Shown here piece by piece: positions 1 through 13,208 of a stretch of DNA of 64,000 bases (positions are counted from its first letter, which is position 1; each line of letters begins with the position of its first letter). The notes beneath the pieces were generated by a model. It was not told the origin of the DNA, ran no database searches, and was given only the letters and a program-made list of their open reading frames with translations. Both the position numbers and the translations under genes were made by a program. This stretch comes from Trichoplax sp. H2 (Eukaryota): positions 62,001 through 126,000 of the forward strand of contig NOWV01000192.1 in assembly GCA_003344405.1 (NCBI GenBank), read 5' to 3'.

Positions 1-54
1 TTTTTAATTAATATGGCAATGAATTTGATCAAAATTCTATGAAAACATTGTTAG

Positions 55-3000
55 AGATTTTAGCTTTAACGAAATAGTATCTCTTAAAAATGGAATATTT
101 GAAGGATGCAAAAGTATTGTGAATATGTAAGTCTAAATAATAATATACTTTAGACAATTAGATTTTCAAAAAAATCAATGCTACGTATCATAGAGAACAT
201 ATAGTAGCATTTACTGTCAAGGTTCTTATTTTTAAAAACTAATAATTCTAAATTTAGGAACCTGAATCATAACAAAATTTCAACCATAGAAAATGAAACG
301 TTTCGCGGTTTATCAAATTTATATTCGCTGTATGCTGTTGAATCCTTCTGTGCGATAATTATTTATCGCAGTATAAGATTAATAATACGAAAACAGTATA
401 GGTTATTTGCGTTGAAATAATTATGTTCTGTTACGCTGATTTTAATCTATTAGAGACATCAGCTATAATCGCATGATTTCTTTAAAAGGAATATTTCTTC
501 AAGATTTAAATCAGCTAAATTCATTGTAAGTAATCGACTCTTTATGTCTTATAATATTATTCATTTCTTTTTCGCTGCAGGGTCTGTTCAGTCTTATGAA
601 ATTATCACTTCTTATAAGTTACTGCATACACTCATTAATAGTAAATAGTAATTTTTAAAATAACTAGCAGAATGACGTATTCTGAAAAAGGGTGTCCAGC
701 TTAACAGTAGCAAGCTATATCGTTTCTAATTCTATAATTGACAGAAAATGCGATGGTAATCTAATCTCTTCCTTGGCAGGATCACCGTTTTATAATCTAA
801 CTAAACTGACTCAATTGTAAGATTACGAGTAACTATAATCTATATTGAATGATTTGACGAATTGTAATCCATGATAGAAAACACATAATTGCAGATAAAA
901 ATATACTAAGAGGCAATTTCATCACCCTTAAATTATTAATTTTCTATTAGATCTCTGGACTATAATCAAATCATAGATATTGCTAACGATAGTTTCACGA
1001 ATTTGAATATTTTAAGCGAATTGTAAGTTGATGGAACATTTCAAATTTACTTCATTTCATATAGCAGAGTAGTAAAATTAATGTCAAGGAAGTCATTTGT
1101 AATTTACTTATTTCTCAGATCGATTAATAACAATAAACTTTCTGGCTTGTCCTGCAGTTCAATTTACAAAACTATTCAAGATTTGTACGTGATAATGAAA
1201 TAAAAATACATAGTCATACATCAGTCTATTCTATGAAAATTTTTGGTCTTATTTTAATTAATTATTTGAATAATAATTCAAGTACTATTGCTGAGTAACA
1301 ATATGTAACGTAAAATTTGAAATTAAATTTGATTATATCGTTTAGGAAGATAAATCATAACAACATATCTTACATCTCGCCTAGTTGTAATGAAACATTT
1401 GCCAGTTTAAAGAATAGCTTGTAAGTGGAATTTCGTTTTAAAAGTTAACACCATACTACAGTACTAGCAAAAAAACATCATTTGCTAACTACTCTTTACC
1501 ATTGCTATTTTACTGTTACGATGTTATCTTAACGTTAGAATAGTTTAATAAGTACATCAGTAGCTAATAAGAAAAATATTCATATTTGTAGTGCTAGGTA
1601 AGATAAGCAATGCCTTAACGTGGATATTATTTGTGACAGTTTATTACATAATTGATATTGATTATTATGCGTAGATAGTAGTAAGATGATTCAACTTCTA
1701 GCTATTGATAGTTGAATTAGACAGCACACGTGCTTAGATTAAGATTGAGTATGAGAAAAAGATTAAAAATATTTACTGATAGAAAAGCTAGAAAGGAGCA
1801 TCTCATTTTGAGATATCTTTCCTAGTAAGGTATAATAATAGTACTGTTGTTTATAAATAGGACGGTTTCTATATAAACGGGAAGTTTAAGTTGAGTTTTG
1901 TGGTGAAAAGTTGGTAGATTTATCTATGCTAATAAAAGTTCTAACTTTACGATACCATCCAATGCGTATTTATCGTTCAGTAAAAGGGCATTTAATTCTG
2001 CAGTTACTTATAAAATTTTACTGTATGTTTCCTTGCTGCAGAGTTGAAATTGTGATATTTACGTAGGTTTTAAGTTTCAACCTTCCATTCTATGATTATT
2101 TGTTCTTTCTTCTAAGACTTTAATAATAATTTTTCGATATCAATCTCAAGGGGTATAAGCTATAATAATCTTGTATCAAATGGTATTAAAGTTTATGATC
2201 AAATTTTGATGAAATTAGCTAAATTGCCTCCTATTCTGTAAGTATCGTTTTACTACTCCAAACAAATATATAAATTTACGATAGTTTTCTGTATATAAAG
2301 AGAATATGTTTGCCTTCTAATATGAAGCCTTAACGCCATTATCCATATTTTTGGTAATTAAATATAACTAGACTATTGGCCGGAAACAATATTACATCGC
2401 TACCAAATTCGTTCATGAAATGGAATATTTACCTCAGAGTATTGTAAGTAGACCTGAGAAAGGTTCGGTTCGGTTCAAACCGTTATGATCTATATATATT
2501 TGTAAGTTCATTAACACCTACAACTATGTGATATAAAAATAATCTATTATATTAAGCTAAAAGTGATAAAGTCTCCTGAAAAAAAGTAATCTTAGTTGAC
2601 GACGGAAATATCTTTCAATTTCTATTTTAATTCAAACATTATCATGTAACATTCCATTTATAAAAGGCTAATTAGTTTTATTATTCGAAGTATAAACGGA
2701 ACTTTTTAGGGTGTTTAGACCTCTAACGTACAGTTATCCCAATCTGGTGTTAAGCTATAGCTTTCTAGTTCAACATAAAACTTAGAATGACCAAGTACTG
2801 TTGTATATGTATAAATTACAATTTAAAGAGCGACTAATCTAACCGAAGTAAGATGGAGTAATTCTGCTACAACATCGCTTGAAACAATATTTATTTTCTT
2901 TAAAGCTGCCATATTTGCTACCAAGCAAGACTTGTTTGTCTACACTAGTGCACGTTCTTATTTGACAGTAAAATGTAATCAGGAACTTTATCGGGTAGTC

Positions 3001-6000
3001 ATGCATGAATTTCTTCACTAAATTTGATAGCTAGCTTTTCTGAGTATCTACAATTGTTACTCTATTTGTGAAAGGCATTCTTTTATATATTTATGCTAGG
3101 TTTCAGCTACGCATATCAATTAATCAATTATTCAATTTATAAATATGTATTTTTCCATAGAAAATATTTTATGATAGTTAATTTATTGCACAGCAGATAT
3201 GTGCCAATTATCATTAAAAGCTAACAAATCGTAATCCAAGTAACAACTTAGTTCGGTTTAATATTTAACAGCCAACAATTACAATTGTAACTACCTCTAT
3301 TTTAATTATTACACTTTTATCCATACTAAACGACTTTAATCTAGAAATTAACTAATAATTATTCCTGAGCACTCGAGTCAACATTAACTATTTTAAATCG
3401 GATAATAATATTGAGAAATATTATTTAAATCTAAATGCTTCAACATCATTCAAACTATAACTTGCTATTTACGGTCAATATGAAACCTTTACAAGTTCTT
3501 ATTGATTATTAAATTTAATGGTAAATACATTAGCATAGTAGTTATGCAATTGAAAAGGGGTCTTTCATCTTTTTTCAGCTTTCCTAAATAACTACATTTG
3601 ACTTCAGAGCTTGTCACGGTGCAAATACAGCGTAAATGATACAGTATAAATTAAGCATTTGTGTCTTGATAGATTTCTATACTTATTGTTGATTCTATAT
3701 GATTTGTTCTTTCGTGCATGACTTGGTGTCACAAACCAGCTTCGTGACAAGGATAACGTAAAACAAATCTCTAAATTACTATAATCTCCGGGATTCAGTA
3801 TCCGTTAACTACCTCACAAGAATTTAGACGCCTTTGATTCTACGTTAAAACAACTATACAATTGAGAACTGCTTTATTCAACTATCTGACGGGCTTATAT
3901 ACCCTTCTACAGCAGCTAACATTCACAAGTCATCTTATAAAAATACCTGGGTGAGAACATCTACTAACTAGTTTTTCACAGTCGGACTACAATATGTCCA
4001 TTCACAGAATCATTTCAGCACATATTACAGCACAGCAATAAATTTACTGTAACACATTTATAATTAGAGTAATTCCTATTGTAAGTAACTAGTTGTAATA
4101 TAATATCACTATATTATATTAACCAAATTTAGATATCTATTTCTTCACGGTAGTTCGTACCGTGACACTTGGTTAGAGTTTTATAATAGTATAAAGTTAT
4201 GTTATTCCATACGTTACTTTTTTAGCCTTGTGTAATGTAAGCCGAATAGCTGGCATTCCTATTATGTTACATTAATGAGTCATTTACATATTTTCCATAC
4301 CGGCTACACCCATTGATATGTTTAGTCGTCAAGAATTGTGTAGCGAGTCTATTAACGGAATTTGAGACTACTTACCTTTCTCTTATCTATGATTGAACAA
4401 AGAATGGTGTTTTTTTCCTTTAGTTCTACCTATATAAGTTAGATCGACTAAATTCTTGCGATTTTGGTTGATGATTGCTAATATTGTTCGTTAGTAGTCG
4501 ATTCCAGTAGTCTTTTACTAGTGCACCGCCTTGCTCAAATTAGTTAAAATAAAGTAATAGCAGCTCGACGTTATCAAGTTTAGCTGTGTGACAGGAGTCT
4601 AGAAGGGAAGATCTAGGCTGAAGCTTGCATAGTAGTTGACAGCAGCAAGTTAGAAGAGCAGAATACTTTGCTTTATCCTTTGTCTGCGGATTAGTTCGCG
4701 ACAGTGCTATAAAGAAAGTAGCATAGTTCAATATCGCAAGTACTATTGAATGCTCTTTTCTTTTAGTCCTTAGTTTACTCTAATATCAATCCAGATGATA
4801 GTTTCTTAAAAGACTTATTCAAAATTAATAGCATTGTATGTATATCACTAAATTTTAGTAAATTTATATTCCTAGCTAGTTACACTTCTACTTGCTAAAT
4901 AAGAAAAGGCGATATATATTCACAATTGTCTAAATCAAATATTAACCCTATTAAATGCCGTCTATACTCTTATAATGAACGGTCAAAATGTATAATGTGA
5001 TTATCTAGTAAATTCAAGTTATTCTCATGGAAACAACAAAAGTTACTTGTTAGTATAACATTCTTTGGTAGTATAATCATGCTATAATGCAACCTACAAG
5101 TTCTATTTAAATTATACTGAAACTCGTATAGTATACTTACGACTATAAATGAATGAATTTAACAAGTACTATCAATTTATCTGTAATTATATCCTACACG
5201 TATAATCATATTTAGCTTAAAAATAAAGTGTAAATGACTTAATTCATATAAAATGACTTTATTACATGCTGGTGTTCATTGTTCAGCTTGAAATAAATCA
5301 ATTGCTTATATTAAATTAAATTAAATTTTTAGGTCTATTGGTCATAACAAATTATCGATATCTGCTATCAAACAAATTATAAAAGGGTTTTATATCACTA
5401 ATTACTGCTTGCCGCCCTACTTAGATCCTTTAGCTAAATGTTTTATTTATTCCATGTAAGTTACTTAGCTTGCCTAAATCTGCTTTGATCGATTATGAAT
5501 ATTAATTGGCATTTAAAGACACCGAACAATAGTAATTTATTAATCGTTAAAAACATATTCTTACTGTTATCAACTCACATTTATCGCATTGTTTAATGGA
5601 ATAGTGATTTGAGCTATAGCAGGTTAACAGAAATTCCATCAAATGCATTTGTAGCCCTAAGAGGATTTTTGAAAGTCTTGTAAGTCATCCTAGATAATAC
5701 CAAATCTAAATTAATCTTTAATTTAAACCTAATCAAAGAAACAAGGTATAATTAACTAATATCATTTACTAATAGTTTTATTGGAAAGATAGACGGAATA
5801 AATAAATAAGTGCATGGCTAGATTAACAGCAATCCAATAATTATTAAGTAGATGTAGCATAATGAAATGTTCTAACAGACAATAGCTGATAATGATACGG
5901 CCACCTATCAGCATACTTTAACATTTTTAATTGAACTTTGCATCATAAACTTTAAATTTATTATTTATACATCATATGCATATAAGTATAAAAGTGGTAT

Positions 6001-9000
6001 TAAGTCGTATTAGTGCTAACTTTAAGGTTTACAAGGACTAACAAGTTAAAGGGCACATGATGATACAGTCAAACAGAAGCAATTGTGGAAGAGAAAAATA
6101 GCTACCATTTTTCCATCTATCTCATTTAATTTGAAATATATGCGCTTGAAGACATTACATAGGCTCAACCCTTTTAATTTAATTCAGCACGAGTCGCGAT
6201 TTTAATTTCTCTCTTTTAGTTATGTCCTCAAAATCGTTATGATAAAAGTTAGTGCTTCTTAGTTGTGATGCGATATTGCAAAAATGTAACAGTGCATTGA
6301 AAGTAAAACATTAGAATTACGATTTAAGAGCATCCTAAAGCTGATTTACTTGTACTGCATAACAGAAATCTCACCAACAATGCGATAAAACATATCGATG
6401 CCTCAGTCATATTTCGAGATAGTGAAAGAAATTTAGAAGAACTGTAAGTTAAAATATCGCATTAGCATGTTTATCACTTTGATATTGAATTAATATTTAT
6501 TATTTACTATGCTAACTTACTCTATATGAATATTATATATTTCGATACTAAGAAATAGTTTCGCTTTAGGAATTTGGCTAACAATCTAATCACTACAATT
6601 ACCAATCGTCATAACGTTCAGTTTAGTGCACTGAAGCTATTGTAAGAATTGGATTTAATATTAAGACTTTATTAGTATATATTGTTGAAATAAATTAAAA
6701 GCATAGATTTTATAATTTCCAATTTAATTCGAAATCTGTGCAGGAACTTGAATCAAAATAAACTTTCTAACATTTGTGGAAGGTCTAACGTACTAGGAAT
6801 TGCGCCAAATCTCCTAGAATTGTAATAATGAAAGTTATAATAATTTGTACTCACTATCATTACTCACGATTAAATCCTAAATATACTCATGCATCTTCTT
6901 AGATATTTAGATTTTAATAAAGTAAGAATTTTGACAAATAGGTGTTTCGGGACACTTTTCAAATTGCAACTGATGTAAGTATAAAATTTTCTACTTTATT
7001 TATAATCTGTATTTATCAAATTTTTTTCGGTTGCAGTAAAGTTAAATAATAATTTCTTATTATTTAATATGAAGGAGAATGTAATTTTTGTACACCAATA
7101 CACAATTGTAACTTAATGGTTAACTTAAGATGGTATTTTTTGCTATCAGATCATTTAGGTCAAATCCTTTAGCACTCTTAAGTGACATCTCATTTTATGG
7201 TTCAGCGACCTTAAAAACTGTGTAAGTAGAAGTGCTTTTTGGCTTAATCTATCTTTAAAAATAAATAAGATAAGAATTCTACTCGAGAAATTAGAATTTA
7301 TTACTCCCATCAAGCATCTACTGATATAATCATTTTATGCATTACGGTGCAAATTAAGCCTTGAAATTTCCAAATTGCAGAAATATTGACTTGACTTTCT
7401 AGAATCTCGCGCTGATGTACATCAATTTAGAAATCAACCTCATTCCATAGTTTTTGATCTTCATTACAAAATTAAACATTTCCTAATTTTAGTTAGTAAT
7501 TGTTATAATTTACACCGCCATCAGACTGAATCTCTCGTATTCGAATAACGTCTTTAGAAATTACAATTATTGTATGACTGTGACAGTGTTATATATTGTA
7601 ATAGAGTAGAAATATCTATGTTAGGATAATTCTGTTAGCCTATCCTTACGTAGTTAACTTCTAATTTGGATATACTGTGTTTTAATATACCACTGACTCT
7701 TTGTGACAGTGACACATATACACATACTGAAATTAATAGTTCTATTTGTGAATGCAAATCATATACTTACAGTTCGAATCATTGTGATTGTAACTTACTT
7801 ATGATAGATTGTAAATTATCGTGGAAATATTCCGTGATAGGACATATCGTAATCTGACTATTCTGTATTAGTCATCAGATTTCTATGTTCATAAATACTG
7901 TTGTCGGCATGAAGGGAGCAGTAGCTAAAATTAATATCTAATTTAGTGAATAATTCCAAAGTTAATCGTACTAACTATGACTCATGAACTATTGAGGAAG
8001 AGTATATAGATACAGTATATCGTGTAATAAAGTGGATTCTTAAACTTAGTGTTTAACGTAAAGTACCAGGCGTCTAAGTCTTTGTGTAGTCTGCTAGTAG
8101 AGCAAAAGTGTTTCTGATAGTGCAGATATCGTTCCTTGATACGTGATTCAAGAAATTAACTTATTGACGGTACATTACGTTATCTTGTTGCAAAGCTATT
8201 TTGTGACAATAACATAAATAGTTGCTTTCAGATATAGCTTCCTTCAGATTATTCTAATAATAAACTTCTTGAATACTTCTTAAATAATAAATTCTTAAAT
8301 ATTCTGTTTTGGTTAAAAAATTTCAATTAGAGCCTCCACACGTGCTTATTTATGCTGTATAGTTCCCGCCAAAATTACTACATGCTCACCAACTCCGGAT
8401 TTAGATTCAGCCTCAAGCTGTGAAAATATTCTTGCTCACATATCTTTACGTTTAGCTGTTTGGATAATGGGTATTGCAGCTTTTATAGGAAACATACTTG
8501 TTATTGCAGTACACCGTACCAACGGCAATCAAAGGATGAGTAAAGCTACAGAACTCGTCTTCAGCAATTTAGCCCTATCAGATTTTTTAATGTCATTATA
8601 TTTGTTTATTATTGGTGCTGCCGACGTAATTTATCGAGATCGTTACGCTCAACATGCTGAAGAATGGCTCAGTAGTCCAGCATGTTTTATTGCATCATTC
8701 TTAATATCTACGTCCAGTTTGATGTCGGTCATTATGATGTTATTTATCAGCATCGATCGATATGCAATTACTGCTAATCCATTTGCATCATCAGATGAAA
8801 GATATAAACGAACCAAAATAGCATTAATAGTCGGATGGTTATTGACATGCACCTTTGTTGGTATACCAAATATAATGAGTATTAATCAAATTGGAGATAG
8901 GCGATTACATGAATTCAGTTCTATTTGCTCTCCGAGTAATCTAAGCGAAACATTCTTTTCGGCCTGGACATTTACTTTTGTTATAATACAACTTTTTAGT

Positions 9001-9909
9001 TGGACTACCACACTTATAGTTTACGCGATGTTACTAGTTTCAGTACGTAAAACGCAACGATCAGTTCGTAGCAGTGCTCAATCTCGCAATTTTGCTATTG
9101 CAATTCGTTTATCATTAATATTAATTACAGATTTAATTGCATGGTTACCAGTATATGTTATTTCTGCGATGGCTATAATTCAAGGGAGATTAAATATATT
9201 TACATTACAATTTGCGGTCATTTTAGCTATACCACTAAATTCAGCGATTAATCCATACATTTATACAGCTACTGGGACAGCTTGCTTCAATCGATTAGTT
9301 ACAAAGAGATCGAAAAGAAAATCGGTACAATCTATACTAGGTCAAGGTACTGATATGAGTACATTTGTGAGCAGTGGTACCTTTGCAAAGCGCGGTAGGA
9401 CAGGCAGAAATGTTACTCAAGCAAATACGCTTATTCAAGAAAACCGGAATACTACAGGTCTGAAAGCTATTAACACTTATTCGTACATATACAATGACGA
9501 CGATAATTCTACATTAAAGCAAACAGTAAGTGAAAAAGCCGATCTTAATGAAAATAATATAATTGAATCCGATTCTGATTGTCTTTGCACTGATTCTCCT
9601 AAGCGAAGTCATATCGCACCTTCAGATATATCCGACGAAGCAGTAGCTACAATTAATAATGTGGATAGTCTAATCGATAGAAATTGTGAGAACCAATTAA
9701 TTAATGATGAAAACGATCTTTTACGTCATAGTAGTGATATAAATACTTGTAATGATGATGTTAGAGATACTGAAGGTGTCACAAATCTTGCGTTTAATAG
9801 CAGCGAGGGTTCGAATACAGCAGGATCTGAGATTAATGGGCACAAATTTCTTAGCAATGAAGAGAATACAAATAGTCAATCAATTGACAGTAACCAAAGC
9901 TTTGAATAG
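55..9909 (+). CDS. LGR-type LRR-GPCR paralog 1, 5'-partial (16 LRR exons + hinge/7TM exon)
   Basis: AG/GT-bounded phase-2 exons: 55-126, 258-329, 454-525, 745-816, 951-1022, 1119-1184, 1346-1420, 2151-2237, 2372-2443, 5333-5455, 5605-5679, 6366-6443, 6570-6641, 6744-6821, 6903-6974, 7150-7221, 8331-9909. Each small exon reads as one LRR (e.g. NLNHNKISTIENETFRGLSNLYSL) and matches one-to-one the last 16 LRR exons of gene 2. Confidence 0.92.
1514..2057 (+). mobile_element. Non-coding TG...CA-type element (family H), solo-LTR/MITE-like
   Basis: TGTTACG...TGTGATA with perfect TSD TTTAC; inverted homolog at 43403-43904. Confidence 0.8.
3612..4703 (+). mobile_element. TG...CA element (family C) hosting a nested family B copy
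   Basis: TGTCACG...CGCGACA, TSD GAGCT/GTGCT; 3' end similar to about 11580-11642. Confidence 0.6.
3727..4167 (+). mobile_element. TG...CA element family B, copy 1 (nested)
   Basis: TGTCACA...CGTGACA, perfect TSD CTTGG; homologs at 10920, 22679 (inverted) and 34585. Confidence 0.88.
7579..8208 (+). mobile_element. TG...CA element family A, copy 1
   Basis: TGTGACA...TGTGACA, TSD ATGAC/ATAAC; homologous to 15534, 29913 and 58598. Confidence 0.88.
8331..9909 (+). CDS. Terminal exon of paralog 1: LGR type-C-like hinge, rhodopsin-class 7TM, Asn/Ser/Asp-rich tail
   Basis: Acceptor ttag at 8327-8330, in frame with ORF 8467-9909. Hinge YLCC..CSPTPDLDSASSCENILAH; TM2 NLALSDFLMSLYL; TM3 ISIDRY; TM6 LITDLIAWLP; TM7 NSAINPYIY. 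Confidence 0.95.
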
Positions 9910-10919
9910 GCTTATTATAAACATATTCATCATCAACAGTTTGAAGCAAACTATTTAAGACTAAATATTTACAATGACATTGATTCGTTTTCATAATGGC
10001 TTAAAGACACTTGATTTTAGCGAAGAATTGCAATTATATTTTAGCACTCCTTGGTCAATCGCGCTGCAGCAATAAAAATAAAGTAAATCTCGGCATATTT
10101 TGGGAAGTAAATACCGAATATCAACCATTCCAACTATTCCTTAACGTTCATTTTTTCGACAATATCGCATCACGAATGATAATAATGTTTTTTATAATTC
10201 TAATGCTTACAGACGTCTGTACTTACTTTGAGTGGTTAGTCAGCATAAAATATCGGCTACTGATATCTGTATGGCTTATTTAGTATGATTGTGTTTCAAT
10301 GTCAGTCGTGACAGCCACATTGTGCTTTACTTCACATTGCGAATACACTTAAACACAACTCACATTACTATTGCAATTTTATCTATGTAATGGAGTGAAG
10401 CTTACAAGAAACTGTAGTTCTTTTGTAATTTTGAGAAGACACTTTATCACACCATAATAAATAAATATGCATTATACGTACATTTTATTCTAGATAATAT
10501 ATGTACTTTGTACGAAATTTAAACTAATAAAGCTTTACCTGCTATTCTAATCTGACGTTTTTTATATTTAGTTTGCTTCGCTACTATTAATAACGAATAC
10601 TAAATGCCTTTTACTGAGTAACTATCTAAAATTGCTTAACTATCGTTCCTGCAAGCGCAGCAACTACTACGATAGCTTCAATCACAATTCCTGCAACGCT
10701 TTCGGAACTCATCTCACCACAGAGACAAATCCTTTCATAAAAGCTTTGATATCGTTTAAAACCTCCATTTACTTAAAACAGTAGACAAATTTGTTTCATA
10801 CTTAGGCATACAACAAAGCAATATCCCAGTAATAATGAAAAAGTACAAGTACATACCGTACGCGAAATATAATGAGCATGGATTCTAATAGTAGTATAAT
10901 AAAATGATCAGTATGTAGT

Positions 10920-11297
10920 TGTCACAAACCAGCCTTACGATAAGGTTTACGCAAATAAATCCCTAAGTTTTAAAAATTTCGGGATTCAATTTCCCTGAAA
11001 AACTCATGAAAACTTCGACGCCTTGCTTCTACATTACTAAACTAGAGAACTTATTTTATTTAGTGATCTGCCGAGCTTAAATACCTTTCGGCATAGTATT
11101 AGCCATAGTTACAGTTGCAAGAGCTCTTGCACTATATCCATCCATTCAGTAAGGATTGTACTACAGTAAAGCCTATGTTTTACCGTAATACACTTTAACT
11201 TAAGTGATTTTTACTCTAAGTAGCTAATTGTAATTACCATATATAAATTTTAATTCGCAAAATATAGTCATTTAATTCTCCAGTTCGTACCGTGATA
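10920..11297 (+). mobile_element. TG...CA element family B, copy 2
   Basis: TGTCACAAACCAGC...GTTCGTACCGTGATA, TSD GTAGT/GTCGT. Confidence 0.8.
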
Positions 11298-13144
11298 GTC
11301 GTTGTTACACCACTAATATTCCATCAATAGTAGCATTGATTGATTAATTATTTGTGTCGCAGTAGATTTTTGCTTACTTAGCTTCGGCACACTAAACTTT
11401 CGTTTTTGACTCTTAATCACGAACGTTGCTGTTCAGTAATTAATTTTACACTTTTCACGAGTAAATAGCGTTGGTCGTATTATTTGGAATAAAGCAAAAG
11501 TAGCTCGATATAGGGAAATTTTTCTATGTGACTGCATTCAAGTAGGGTAATTCTAGGTCGAACCTAGAATAGGAGTTGATAGTAACAACTTAGAAGAGCA
11601 GAATACTTTACTTTGTCCTTTTTCAGAAGAGTATTCGTGGCAATAATATAAGTTGATAGAAACGAAATAAATGATATCTTAGAATCAAGATTTTATTGCA
11701 AAGTAGGCGTTAACTGCTATAAAATTACAATTTGACAAGTGATTACAAGCTTCAAGTCGTTATGAAAGCCAATTTATCACTGCGTGTGTTTCACAATCAC
11801 ACTTATGACACAGTCTTCACTAGTTTCTAAGACCATTTACTTTTACTTATTCAACTTTATTATTATGGATATTGTATCAAATCCTAAAATATTGTGCTCT
11901 GCATTAGTTATCTGCACTATAAATGCTACTAATTTCTGCTTCGCTTTTTCTTTGAATGTTAGATTTCATGCTAGTACTTTCTCGTATTACTTCACGACTA
12001 TTTACAAGCTGTTCTACCGTAACTGCCATGGCCAACGCCATTACATTCTAAAACAAAGTATCCCCTTCCTAATAAAGCCTTTTTGCAATTCTTTGCATGG
12101 CATCATATGTTGTTTTACTTTATTTAATTTGATTTAAAATATCAATTAAATGGATTCGGCCTATTACACTGCTATAAATTCAGTTTTCGGCTTAAAGTCT
12201 AACGTCAGTCACTTAATATTATTATTACTGAACAATATAAAAAATATGGTCAGTGCGATCAGATCGGTCAAATTGTATTGTAAACAATTTTTATTCATGA
12301 ACAATTTTATGCATTGTGGAAAAGAATCTAGGAAATCTTCTCTTACATTAAGTACATGAAGTAATTTTTACAAATTTTACTGCCAAAATTTCGTAACTAT
12401 GTCTTGCTATTATGCATTTAATAGTTTCTTAACGTCTTCATCATATTGAAGCAAATAAAGTGAGAAAGAGTTTCTACTTATGAATAGATGAAATATTGCA
12501 TTTTCTTTGAATAATGAAATTATTTTTTTGATTAAATTTGAAAGGTGTAACATTCAATACAGATTGGCAGATGTTACAGCAATTCAAGTATGCCTCCTCA
12601 TTAGATATTATAGTAATATTTAATTTAGGTAAATTTTGATAATTCTAAAATTAATGATTAATTTTAAAAGTATATGGTAGCTAATATTAATCGACTTCCA
12701 GCCAAATTTTACAATTTTAAATAGCTTAAAAGTAGACTATACGGTATATGTTATTATGAAAATATTTCATAAATGAACGTAACACAAACTAACTGTCTAA
12801 ATTAAGTTAGGCATTACATATCTGTGCTTTGACTAGTGAATTTGAATGATAAATTGCAATAGCTAAATTGATTTAATTGAAGGCTAGTGTTGCTAATTAT
12901 AAATTTTAACTACTATAGAAACGTATGCGAAACCAATATATAGTGTGATAAAGTTAGTTCTTATGTTTAGTTTTTAACACAAATTAAAGGCGTACTTGTT
13001 GTGGTAAGCGCGTAGAATTAGGAACAAGTATTTCCAAGAATTTCTTAATCGGACTTGATGCCCAAATACCTAGTTCAGAGACAAGATCACAGATTCGTTT
13101 TCCAGTAATCTTATTTTAAAACTAATTTGTGTTAGCAAGGCAAA

Positions 13145-13208
13145 ATGAAACTTCTTAATACGTTAATCTGGCTAATCATTTTCTCAAGCTGCAAGCTACA
13201 AGTTTTAG
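13145..13208 (+). CDS. First coding exon of paralog 2 (signal peptide)
   Basis: MKLLNTLIWLIIFSSCKLQVL then G|gtaag. Same 64-nt length and phase-1 donor as the paralog 3 signal exon; joins in frame to the LRRNT exon. Confidence 0.75.

Noticed and set aside
7666-7857. Similar 63-68 aa ORFs at 7666, 15863 and 58948 as a small protein family
   Set aside because: All lie inside family A repeats, start at TTG, and the frame is broken in the 29913 copy; the similarity reflects the repeat.
8649-8852. Antisense ORFs here and at 41749-41985
   Set aside because: Shadows of the conserved 7TM coding strand.
8467-9909. Stand-alone 480-aa and 536-aa GPCRs as listed in the ORF track
   Set aside because: The Met lies within TM1; the frames extend upstream to splice acceptors at 8331 and 41431 and join the LRR exons.
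10011-12359. Hydrophobic ORFs in the gene 1-2 spacer
   Set aside because: Composition typical of random AT-rich DNA, mostly non-ATG starts, and no recognisable domain or exon structure.
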